A DNA stretch of 61,823 bases, filler included, from Platydemus manokwari (lineage: Eukaryota), in the NCBI GenBank assembly GCA_037951405.1. It is 5 parts of 5 records of this genome, joined end to end, with 100 filler letters (N's around TTAATTAATTAA, not from the genome) between each part and the next. Parts side by side here need not be neighbours in the genome. Positions count along the whole stretch, not along the records: positions 25,115 to 36,357 come from JBBMOY010821091.1; positions 36,458 to 48,009 come from JBBMOY010602216.1; 3 more parts are not named here. The stretch is one strand, 5' to 3'. Positions 33,501 through 45,727 of the stretch are shown here, piece after piece (positions within the stretch are counted from its first letter, which is position 1; each line of letters begins with the position of its first letter). The notes under the pieces are model-generated. The model was not told the origin of the DNA and ran no database searches. It saw only the letters and a program-made list of their open reading frames with translations. Position numbers and translations under genes: made by a program.

Positions 33501-35434
33501 TCTAACTTTTCGACGTAAATGAATTAATATTAAAAACAATATAAATGATAAATTCATTTTCGGTGAATATTTTTGATTAAATATACTTTTGAGGGTTTGA
33601 ATTTCTTATATTAGTTTTCAATTCATATTTAACGTAATAGTTGTAATTGACATAGTTACGACGAATTTGGATTCGATCCTGAGAAAATTAATATCAGAAA
33701 AGCCTAGAAGAAAATATAGATAATATATAGGAAATAAATAGAGATTTATATATAGAGAATTCGATACAGAAAATTTAAAGAACAGATCGAGAATTTCAGA
33801 TAGAGGCGACAAATAATAAATAGAGAATTCGATAACAAGAAATATGCAATTAAATATTCTAAATATAAGAGATGTGGAGATTTTAAAATCAATGATTACT
33901 TAAAAGAATATTTTCAATGAAAATATATTTATATAAAAAAATAGAGATGATTAATATAATTTGTTTGAATATCATCATCCAATATACTTTTATGGTTTGA
34001 AGTTCCTAGATTAGTATCTGATTCTTATGTTATGAAATATTAGCAGCCATTCATCATCTTTATTATTCTAAACTAGAATAAATGATATCATTTGTGTTGC
34101 AATTACCGAAAAAATAAATTTGATAAACTTATTATCTCCCGGCAATTTGTAAATAGGTAATAATGAAATGTGGATAAAGAATTCTCATAAATTATTAGAG
34201 GAATTATCAATCATTTATTAATAATTATAAATAATAAAATATAAAAGCTGAAATTTCATCATAGAAACTTGAATGAATTGTTTGAAAATTCACCAAATAG
34301 CGAAGATTTCTCCCGACTTCACTGAAGACATCAATATTTTAGTTTCACGCCAACATATTCCTTACATAAGTAATGCAATACTTTTTTTCTGATCTCTCGG
34401 TTGAATATCTTTAATCAAAACCTGACCATTTATTATTATTTTTGTATGAAACATTATTCGTTCATATCAAAAAATGAATCTTCTCAAAATTAATATACTG
34501 GTAGACTCAAACCATTGGGCATTTCATTCTCCTTCAATAATATTTACTTCCATATCAGCATCATCGCTACTTTTTCCTGGTTTTTGCTTTTAACATTCCA
34601 TTTATGAATAGAAATTTATGATGGAGTCACAATCAAATGAAAACATACGAAAATATTATTTTTAAAATTAGAAATATTATTTAAAAGATATTTATAAGTT
34701 TAAGAATTTCCATTTGGTTTGAAATACAACTTTATTTAAGATGAATCAATATTTCTGCTCACGTTTCAACTCATCAATTTTGATGATATTTAACCATGTC
34801 AGAAGAACATGATGAATCCCACAAGAAAGAACATTATCAATAAATCAGCGTTATATTCATTCCTGGGTCGGGAAAACTTTATTTTGAGGGATTTTATGAT
34901 TGAATGGAATTTTAGTAATAATGTAAATATTTTTTTTAAAAACTTCGCTGTAAAATCTAAACAGAAGGGTGTAATTCAAGGCTTTACAATTCCCCTTTCA
35001 AAGGATAGAATCAATAATGAATAATTCTAGAACAATGTTTTTAAATATATATCTTATTTCATTCAATTTATTATCATTAAATTCATTTTATTTCGCCAAT
35101 CAACGGGATTTTTAATCCACAATCAACCCTCTCATCCATCCGATATCGAAATTATCAACCTGATATTAGCTTCTTCAACCTAAAATGTATTCATAAGGGA
35201 AATACCTTATTTTGATCAATGGCCAAGTTACATAGTTTCGAATGTAAATCATCAATTGAAAAGTTATCTCTTGGAACTGGTGAAGAATCTCCACTATCTG
35301 ATGTACAATAGAACAGTGGATGATTAATCAATACACAACTCGGTATAGTTCTACACATTGGATTCCATCTCTGCGTCCATGTAACCTGATTGATATCACC
35401 CCAAATGATTTCAATACCAGTCATATTCCGAGCA
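30582..35434 (-). CDS. TPRG1L: TPRG1/TPRG1L (Mover, hSac2-domain family)-like protein, last two exons (35434-35206, 30689-30582)
   Basis: GIEIIWGDINQVTWTQRWNPMCRTIPSCVLINHP...DQNK | FKAENIVVESYGNVASLVFNQSALGFNKDRHGVSF* parallels the TPRG1L pattern (W...RWNPW...P...EHP; ILIExY.GLxS..N...LG....RG...F-COOH). The splice is phase 0, GT-AG, across a 4.5-kb intron. Confidence 0.75.
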
Positions 35435-36284
35435 CTGTAATCAATACACATCATATATTATTAATTTTTAATAATGTTTTTTGTGATTAATAAACTGAAA
35501 TGGTTAATATTTCAGAGAAATGATCTGAGAATTATCAGTGGATATAACAAAATAAAACAATGCTTGATTATATATAACAGTGATATATATCGTTTGAACA
35601 TTGATAAATCATGAAAGAATTCACAGATCAATGATATTAATATTCAGATATTGATCCATGTATTGAAATCGGAGGGAAAAATCAATACACTCGAGAAATA
35701 ATGAATTTTTATACAAAAATAATAACAAAGTTTTTGAATTTTGAAATCAACACATACCGCCGCAGAATGTTTTAAATATATATATATATATATCAAAGTT
35801 CAATGATTGAGATAATGATATAATGTAATAAATTATAATATTAATATGATATCCATATATCTTATCTGATATTGATTATGATCAAATCGATTTGCAAGAA
35901 TTGAAAGATTTTCAACAAAATCATTTATCAATATTTAGATTCCACTCATACAAATCTGCCAATGATTTGGAAATGTTTAATTTGGTTTGAATTATTTCAT
36001 CATTTTTCATCATGATTTGTGTGTTCATAATGAATTATATCGTGAAAAAATCATTATAAATGTTCATCTGTTATGGGACAACAGTTTATTCACAACAGGT
36101 GTTCATTAATCAAACATAAACTGTATAATAAAGTCTGGAAATACGATAATGAGTTGCCATTTGTGAATCAATTATAAAGTGTTGAATACGAGTTCTTATT
36201 CGATAATGATGAATAGAAGGGACTCTTAGACGTGTCTATCGACGAACTGCATATTGGAATTATCAATTATCTTTATGGTCCTTA

Positions 36285-36285
36285 C

Positions 36286-36357
<72 letters not shown>
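36285..36357. repeat. (AAT)n microsatellite at the contig end
   Basis: About 24 perfect AAT units directly before the spacer. Confidence 0.95.
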
Positions 36358-36457
36358 NNNNNNNNNNNNNNNNNNNNNNNNNNNNNNNNNNNNNNNNNNN
36401 NTTAATTAATTAANNNNNNNNNNNNNNNNNNNNNNNNNNNNNNNNNNNNNNNNNNNN
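36358..36457. other. Artificial contig spacer
   Basis: N44-TTAATTAATTAA-N44. Confidence 0.97.
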
Positions 36458-37279
36458 ATATATTAGCATTGGTATCAAAAATCAGTAAACCGATTGCAAT
36501 TTCACTACTTTTTAAAATAATCATTAAAATATTTTGGTAATGTTTCGATACAACAAACTTTTTTCTGTTCGACTTTTCTATTTTGTTTTCTCAAACAAGT
36601 AGCCTGTTTTAATAGGGATTTTTCAGAACAAAAATCTATCAGTTAGTTATGAAGACAAATGTGAAACAATGAACAAGAGAAATTCAAATGCGATAGGGCT
36701 TATTTCTGTGTATTCCAATAATAATTTAAAGGTACTCGACAGAAATGAAAATACAATAGAAAATATAATTAATATAATGGCAAGAAACTTTTATCCAATG
36801 CTGATGGATTGTTGGTGGTATTAGTGTAATTAGAGTGTTAATAAAAGCCGTCATCAATTTCCAGAGTGGGACTACATTCAAAAACAATAAAATCTCGTTA
36901 AATTTTCTTTTCTGCCAGAATTAAAAAATATTTTGATAAAATAAAATGAAATGATTACTAACAAACGTTATTGATTAAAAAAATATGCTTTATTTGATAA
37001 AAAAACTTGATGAAAATATTTATGCAGTCCAATACTTTTCAAACTTAACCGCCAATGAATTTCGCCCACGCTTGCGTGAGAAATAGATCGAATAAAATTT
37101 GTACCAAAATTATAGTATTTTTCTCGCAAAATTTGTGTAATACTAATGATATTTTATAAATTTATATCGTAACTGTAAAGAGAATTTTGAGAATAAGTAT
37201 CATGTTGTAATTAATTTATTAATATTTTCCATTTATGATGATGCTATTATTTCTCATTTAGATTGTGCAAATCATATCG

Positions 37280-37850
37280 GAATTGAAAATATCTTTCCCG
37301 ATTATGATTTATGGAAACAAGAAGATCCTGATTTATATACCAGAGGTGAATTGGAGTGATTTTATTATTATTTCTCTTTTCTCTTCGACTTTTCTATTTT
37401 GTTTTCTCCAAAATCATTTTATTCTAATAAATAGGATTTCTCACACTGAACCCCGCAGAATTCATTTTATAAATACGATGAACCAATGGTTTTGAAATGT
37501 TAAGTTTCTTAAATGCCCTTCGTGTGGAGAAAATGTCATCCATATTATTCAAAGCATTAACAACTGCACCAACTTTATTGTCATCATTATCATAACAAGG
37601 TTTGTCACTTGGTTTTTCACCAACACTTCCGATAAATTTGAATTTCTTAAAGAAGACATCGAGTTGCAATCAGTTGATTTGTAGTAAAAATTTTCAAAGG
37701 TCGCACTAGTTGGCGATAAATTGCTGTTTTATAAAAATTCTTTAGAATGACACCGAATTTATTGTGATGCAACGATGAATGCCATATTAAAAAGTTCAAT
37801 GAATTTTTGTCGATTTTTATTTGGGAATTTCACTGTGTGCCACACTGTTT
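37280..37850 (-). pseudogene. Tc1/mariner-superfamily transposase N-terminus (DUF4817-type HTH) relic, partly duplicated at ~36,540-36,640
   Basis: MAFIV..., KKFKFIGSVGEKP...VVNAL...FSTRRAFKKLNISKPLVHRI (KFxxTGSV..PRSG; STRRxAxxLxIS..TVxRI). A CAGTGTGGCAC TIR-like end lies at ~37,847. Confidence 0.65.
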
Positions 37851-38199
37851 AAGTCAATATTTCTGTTCTAGTATTGGCTATATTATTTTAGATAAATATT
37901 AAAATTTTCTCTCATTACCTGATCAAAACTATCGTATATAAAATATTTTTATTAATATTTTTAAATATATTAAGAATGTTCAAAGGAAATTTTTCTTATT
38001 TAAAATTTATAAAAGGAAAAATGCAGAAAATAAATAAAATCAATCTTTAAATATTGACATTAGAGTACTATTTACTTCAACATAAAATTATCGACATTTG
38101 TAAATTGAAGAAATTATCTTCTCATTTATCCTCTCCTTCGATTCATATTTTTTTTAGAAAATAGGATTAAATATTTCATATTCATGTATCAGTGGTCTT

Positions 38200-39290
38200 A
38201 TTCTTTTTAACCAATGATATTCAGGGATATACAAGCATACGAATATGCATTATCATCACAACTGTATCCAATTATATTTCTCATAAATTTAGTTTTTCAT
38301 TGTTTTGAATATTATTTCGCAGTTGAAAGCAAAAGAATGTGTTTCAAGCCTTCTGAAAGATATTAATCTTTCTCCAAATGAAAAAGTACCCGAAATTCCA
38401 CAAGTTAGAAACATCAAACAAGATATCCTTAATCAATATGCTCTGGTTCATTTGTCAAATCAGTTTGAGTGCCATAAACAACTGGAAGCGAATTTTAAAA
38501 GCCTGGTTGATCAAATGTCTTGTAAAAAATAGAATTTTTTCGGGTTTTTTAAAAGTTTTTCAATATTGTTAAATATATCTTCAATCTCATTCATTACAAA
38601 ACACAAAGAATTGTTCAAATTTTCCTTATTTGATTGACAAGATTCTGAATTATATTGATTTCAATTAAATATGGTGTGTGTGAATTCATTTGATATAACT
38701 GTGTTAAAAGAATGAGCCTATAAATCTTTTAATTTCATTTTGAGAGTTGTGATCTCTTTATAAAATGCGAAATGATGTTTTCGGTTCATGTAAAATGATT
38801 ATGGGATTTGGCAAAAATTACTAAATGATTAATTTTTTCTAGACAAAGATTTTTATAATTAATTTTCCTCGCTGTTTTATTGTAAGATTTCCTATGTCTT
38901 ATCTTTTACTTAATATTTCTTCATCAAAATATTCAAATGTTCATCAATATACAGCCATTTAAAATGTTGAACAAAAATATAGTGTTTCTGGTTCAAGGTA
39001 GAAAGTAAAAACTTGCTTCCTAATTTTAAATGTGTTGTATTGTTATTTTAGCTGCATTTTCTATAATTTGAAGATTACTCAAGATTCATCAGCAGTGATT
39101 AAATACGGAAAAGTAAACTAAACAATTAGCCAATGTTTTCATAAATATCTTTAAGATATTAAAAACCTGTTATATTAATTCATCATTTCAAAGTTCGCTC
39201 AATAGTGGATTCAAACCAATGACCTATTTAATCAACTTTAATAACATTTACGACTTTTGTGATTTCATTTAGCACCTATATTAGGAAATT
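38200..39290 (-). pseudogene. Degenerate hAT transposase fragments
   Basis: VLNEITKVVNVIK and a C-terminal dimerisation-like CEIIFKTMK..TKFMRN (CERxFSxMK..K...RN). Heavily disrupted. Confidence 0.4.
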
Positions 39291-40543
39291 TTTCGTTATG
39301 TTTGGAACTTGTTTTTAAATTTTTTAAAAACGAGAAATGAGATAAATTTAGAATGAAAATCAATGGAGATGAATTAACCATAATAAGCAACATGGCAAAG
39401 GGTTTTATAAATAAGCTATAATAAATTAGTAACTGATTCAAAACTGTAAAAATAAGATGATTAACAAATGTATAATAAATATAATACGCGTTGTGATTTT
39501 CTGTAATATCTTCTCATAATAAATTTAGATTCGTCTCAGAAAAGTTATAATAAACATTAGTCGATGGCAATATTTCACGATAGAAGAAATAATTCATTAT
39601 ATATTGTTGACGATAAGATCCTCTAAGAAGAGATATAAATTGTGCTAAACTAGGTGTCAGGATACCTTCGCGATAAAAAATGTAGGTGGGAAGCTTTGAA
39701 GGAGTCTCATCTATTTAAATGAAGCACAGATCTCTTCACATAGTTGTAGTGTCTAATGTTAAAACTAGATCAGCGATTATTGTTGCTGTAATCGTAAATA
39801 ATCCGAATTGGAAATATAAAACGACTTTTTGAAAATCACTTAAGATATTCAGAATTTTGAAAATGTTCTTCAGGGATAAAGCGAGACAAATTCTTTAGAA
39901 TTTTCAAGTTTAATTTGCAGATTTTCATTTCAGTCATGTGTGGAATCCAATATAGTCGTAAAACAGGACACATAATTTTAATCAGAAAAATATTATTCAT
40001 TAAGTAAAAAATAAGATTACAAAAATTTAAAAATTCAACCCTACAATAGAAAACTAAAAGTTAAATTTAAAAAGACATAAGCACGGAAAGTATTCAAAAA
40101 AAATTTAAACTTTTTATAAATATGCAGCAGAATTGAAAAGTATTTATACTAAATTGTTTAATGAAAGACTTAGGCAGTATGGGAATGAAAGTGAAGTCAT
40201 AGCAATTACTCGGATCTATGAAGCCGTTAAAGATCAATGGAAGGACAACAACGGAGATTGTGAAGAGCAGAGGATTATGAGAAAGAAAGAACAATTAAGT
40301 TCGTAGGCACCAGTAAATCTAATTTGGGACAATCCGATGAGGATTATGGACGGACAAAAATCGTCTGGGAAGGTGATATAGATTCGCCCAATTATGAGCT
40401 AAATTTCGTCTATCAATTAGACCTATACAACGAATATCTAGAGATAAATGGGAAAAGACCATCGAATACAACTCATAATGCAGCTCAGCCAGAGAAAAGA
40501 AAGTAAAGACGCGTGAGGACACTCTTTCCAGATCACCTTGTAG

Positions 40544-43251
40544 TGTTGGGTTTTAGAAAATCAGAGATGTGACATTCATTTTGTGCATGAAATATTTCTA
40601 TTGTGGTTATTATGTAAATATTCTATATGTCGATGTATATTCATAGTAATTTTTATCTTTAATAATATTCTAATTTTATTTCTTATTTTTCTTTCTGGAT
40701 AAAAATCCGTCCTGGTTAATTAATAGTTAATATAATAAAGAAATAAAATTGAAATAACTTTTAAAAGTTATTATTAAAGAACCAATTTTCAAAATATAAT
40801 AAAAACCCGAAAATAAACATGTATTTTTAAAACCCATTATCTAAAATATACCCTTATTTTAAAATACCCAAATATTCAAACCACTCCTATAAAATAATAG
40901 AATAAAAAATTACCTTTATTAAAATTGACTGCAACTAAACTGAACATCAATAGAATTTAAGTCCCTTTTGTTAAGAAATAATAAACATCATTTTCCACCC
41001 GTATATCGAAATAACAGCCCGTAATAAAAATAAAAATCCTTTGAAATTAATAAAGGAACCCGCATTTCAACAGAAATTCAACCTAAGTAAAATTTGTATA
41101 AATAGGCCTTTGAAATCAATAGCAGACCCATCCCGCCTGTTACAAAAGACCACTTATTGCTGAAGAACGTACGAAGTCAATAATTCGAACTCATTGAGGA
41201 GGAAAGCCAAAGCCAATTTCCCTTGAATCAATCATATGCCCAGTTCATCTGGAAGATCAGTTTTATATTGATAGTCGTTCTGATTGATAGGATATAGAGG
41301 ATCGAGGACTCGACGGTAAGATACGATTCTTGTAAAATCATCATCAATTTATATTTGAATCGCATATTCTCCCTATTCATCGGGTTAATCCCAATCATCT
41401 TGAATAATCGGTTCTACTCCTCTTGGGAGCATTGTCAACCAGAACTTTTAGCCAGAATTGTAAATCTCTGTCCATTTCAGTATATACAAGTATTGTTCAT
41501 ATTTAACCATAAATCGTTGTGTAAAAGTAGTAATTCACAGCCATAATTGTCGTATAAAAGTTGTAACTCATATTGTAATTTTTATAGCAATAAAAGCGTA
41601 TAATCATAAACGAGTTGGTTATGAATTTGCAAGTGCCCTAAGCATCACATAATTGTTTATAAAGGATCATTACATTGTCATTTCATCATCTTTTTAGAAG
41701 GGTGTAAAGAGGCGAAAAACAATAATAATAAATTGAGGCTGATTACTAATAAAGCAATATCATTGAGCCGTTCATCCCGTTTTCATACGAGGATTGATAC
41801 GATCAAGACGAAAGAAGATCATTCAATAATAGGTTATAAGAATTCCGTAAGACTGATTAGACTCTGATAATGATTTTAGGGGCTTATCGTTTTACTTTAT
41901 TTGAATTTTTGTTTGCTTTGGCAATATCTGAGTCTAATCAGCTCTCTGAGTCCGTCTGGCCCACAAGTAATCTCTAAACCTAATATTTTTGATATTTTTT
42001 CGCCTCAATCACTCCAATCCGTGTATGAAGATATTGCTATAATGATTTATATTATTATTGACCGTTAAATACTTTAACTATATCTTGCCAAAAAAGGTGA
42101 TGAGATGGTTTTTAATAATGATAATATTTATAAAAAATGATTTTTGGAACTTAATGGCAATATCAAAAACCAATTTCCTTGATATTATTCATTAATATAT
42201 ATTACTACAATTATACAACGATAATAATAAGCTTATAAATTACTACTTGTACACAATTAATTAAAAATTGGATTTTAAAAATACTTCTATGCACTTGAAC
42301 GGACGGATTTGTACAATTCTGGCAAAAGCTACCGTTAACAATGCTCCCAAGAGGAGTAGAACCGTTTATACAAGGACTTTGGGTTTAACCCTATAAATAG
42401 GGAAACATGCGTTTGATGTTATAAATTGTTGATGATTTTATAGGAATTATCTTACTCAATCTTTGGACTTCTTCTCGAACAAATTGAATATCAATTATCA
42501 AAATTTATCTTCCAGACGAATCTTGGGATATTCCGTGTGCGCAATTGAATCTTCTTTCTTGGATTTTAATACTAGTTGATGTATTACCACACTTTTAAAT
42601 AAATAACTATGCGTCGATTCTGCCAATGTTTTGCTGTCCCACTGTTGTTATTGTGCTATCGTGTCGTTTATTAATTGCAGTCACTGTCTTATCAAGACAG
42701 CGATGACTCATTCTGCGAATTTTTATTTATTATCGAGCATATGTGTTTAAAGCACTGGAATATTTTTAGGCAGTGAAAAATTTTCTGCCATTATTTTTAC
42801 CATGACAGAGTTAAAATCTCTATGATTATTTCAATGCATGGCTTATTAAACTTAATGCGTGATATTTATTTAATACCTAGCTATTTAATTTATTGTAGGT
42901 GTATATTCTATCTGCAACGCGCGATAATGGGTGTTAGATATTTGCTTTGCGATAACACATTACGGGTTATTTATTATTATTATTTTATAGGTATTTTTTA
43001 TTATAACGGATATTTTTTAAGGGTTTTTAATTGTAATAATTTGTGGGATATTTTAAAACGGTAATACAATATCATTTTGTGTATAAAATATATTATATTT
43101 AATTTATATCAACCGCAGAGCTTTTAAAGAATTATAATCCAAAACAATTTAAATATTATTTTCAAGCAATATACTTTTATACACTGATACAGGGACGATT
43201 TTAATACACTAAATCATGCAAATAACGAAGTCAATTTTCAAAACCCCAACA
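40544..43251. mobile_element. ~2.7-kb imperfect palindrome with TG...CA termini; candidate giant palindromic LTR
   Basis: Ends TGTTGGGTTTT / AAAACCCCAACA. Exact 26-bp inverted match GGTTCTACTCCTCTTGGGAGCATTGT (~41,410) vs ACAATGCTCCCAAGAGGAGTAGAACC (~42,338). Inner CTGATTAGACTCTGAT vs ATCTGAGTCTAATCAG. All pairs centre near 41,890. Confidence 0.8.
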
Positions 43252-43954
43252 CTGATATTGTCCAAAGGAATTTAATTATCGTTGATAAAGTGAGAAAACA
43301 AAAGAGACTGATCCCAAAATCGAACATAGGGATTGCCGCTTAGGTGGCCGGACTAACCTTCAACCAACGGTTGAGATGCTGATGGAATCCTACTAGCCTG
43401 TGCTTAGTAGTATCTGGTGAGTAGTTATAAGTGTAATTCAACCAGTAAAACTCGATGAATTACCTGTGCACTATTTAATTGATGATTAGAACCGGAATAA
43501 TGATGATTCCACCAATAATTCAACTTTAATCAGTAATTTGCGTGTAATAATTCAGGTGTAATAATAATAGCAATAATAATGATATAATCAATAACAAAAT
43601 GATAACTCAATACGTATATTATACTAAAGATTAATAAATGTGCTATGCGATGATTTTTACATATGGAAGTGTCGTCCCCTGAAGAAGTTTAAAACAAACC
43701 AACGTAAGGAACTAAGTGCAGCCTTACTTCAGACGATAAACTAAAGGAGATGTGAATTTGAATTTTAGTATTTTAGGGCTACAAATCTTAGCGACTTTGC
43801 AACCAATTGATTTCGTGGTACAAAGGCTTCCGCCTTTATACCAAGATCTCGTAATTTAAAAGTGCCCCAGGTAGAAACCCTTGCGGCTTTATACTCAGGT
43901 GCGAAGATCATAAGTAAAATTACCGAATGCATTTTGAGAGAAGATTTAGTCATA

Positions 43955-44078
43955 TCTGCAAATTTCGTAGATAATATCACAGATGTAAATTCCGTAGATC
44001 GTTTCGCAGATGTAATTTATATAAATGATTTCGAAGATGTAATTTCCGTAGATAAATTCGCAGATGTAATTTTTCGCA
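43955..44078. repeat. 27-bp minisatellite (~4.5 copies)
   Basis: GATGTAAATTCCGTAGATCGTTTCGCA / GATGTAATTTATATAAATGATTTCGAA / GATGTAATTTCCGTAGATAAATTCGCA. In frame these give the 9-aa repeats DVNSVDRFA / DVIYINDFE / DVISVDKFA. Confidence 0.8.
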
Positions 44079-44492
44079 GAGTAAATGTGGGCCAACCTCC
44101 TAGTAATAATATAAATACTCGTTAACACAGAATTTCTTAAATTTACTTAATTTTTACTTAACTTTAATCCATATATTTCAAATTAATTTAATGTTTATGT
44201 GGTTTTAATTAATTAATATCTTTTATATAAATCTTAATCAAATCGACATTATAAATTTAAATCAAAATCAACATTTATTTGATTCTATAAATTATTTAAT
44301 TCAATGCTATTGTTTTTTATCAATTTAAGTTTAAATAAAATACTTTTCTTAGAAACTCATCTTTCGAGGGTTCATTTTAATGAAATAAGAAATGTATTCC
44401 AGAGTGTATACTAAATTATCGTATTATTCAAAGCTTTAATGTGTTTTGTTTAAATAATATTTACTAAAATTATTTTTTAATATATTTTTTAA

Positions 44493-45727
44493 ATGGTTAG
44501 AATATATTTTTACTAGAAAGGATGACCAAATTTTTTATTTTTAGGCTCGTAGTGCTGAAAAGAAAATGTAGGATTTTATTTAGAAAAATTAGCTTTTTAT
44601 TAAATTGAATTAAAAGGACTGCCTTGGCTCGTTGGAGAGCGGTCTACGAAGATAAAATATCATTCAGAGAACGACCGAAACTTGCTTCAGAATGCAACAG
44701 TCTTAGAGATGCAAATATGTTCAGAAGACAAATCCTAAATGAAATCACGAGGAAAATAACACAAATTCAAAATTGTGAGCTCATTTTTATTTTAAACATA
44801 AGTTATTGAATTTTATCAGCTTCTCTGGGTGAATTTAAATTAAGAGATCTTAACGATGAAATTAATCGTCTCTTTCGTGAAAAGGGTCATTGGGAAGATA
44901 GAATATTAGAGTTGGGTGGAACTGATCATAAAGTTTAATATAAGTATTTTTATGTTTGTTATTTATTGTCATATAGAAAAATTCTTTCATAATGATGGAA
45001 AAAGAAGGCAAATCCTTACCTGGAAATTGGGGCTATCGATATTTTGGTGCAGCAAGGGACTTACCAGGTGTACGAGAATTGTTTCAAAATGAACGTTAGT
45101 ATTGGTAAAATTTTAAATTGTGATATAATAGTTTTCCATAGCTGATGGAATTACTAAACGACTTCGAGTGGATCTCACGGATAGTTATTATGGTTATCAA
45201 TGTGAAGCAGATGGCATTATCTTACCAATAGAAACAATATCAGAAAAAGAGTTTCGTCAGAAATTATTTAACGAATGGGATAGGAAAAAGCTCAAACGAA
45301 AAGCAGCAACTGAAGTTCTTGAAGACCAGCATGAAGAACGTGAACAAAATATCTACGAAACTGGTGACAATCCCGCAGATGTCGAACGTGATACGATATA
45401 CGATGATTTGAAAAAGAGCATGATCAACGATCACGGACCAGAATCCTTAACGGATCTCGAGTCACGAGTGAAGAGATTCACTAATATTTGCGTTCCAAGT
45501 CAGTCAGAAGTGAGATATTTCGTAAAGATATTTCACGACCTACTTTTATTTCGTTCATTCAGATTGAGAAAACCGTTGTGAATTTGAAGAAAGATAAAAT
45601 CCTCAAAAATTATATGTCGGATGATTTGATTGCCGAAATGGTGCATTCCGGCACATTATTAGGCATGGAAATCGCTTCAGAGGATCCGGTCGAAGAACGC
45701 GAAGAAACCGAATCAGAAATTAATTAG
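44493..45727 (+). CDS. ISY1: Pre-mRNA splicing factor ISY1. Exons 44493-44495, 44545-44567, 44617-44774, 44820-44932, 44977-45094, 45142-45509, 45563-45727.
   Basis: M|ARSAEKKM|TALARWR...RPKLASEC...RRQILNEITRKITQIQN|SLGEFKLRDLNDEINRLFREKGHWEDRILELGG...GYRYFGAARDLPGVRELF...YYGY...VPSQSE|IEK. All introns are GT-AG, 44-53 nt. Confidence 0.95.

Noticed and set aside
40541-43254. hAT element based on (C/T)AGTGTTGGG termini
   Set aside because: No 8-bp TSD, and the inverted symmetry runs through the entire 2.7 kb rather than short TIRs.
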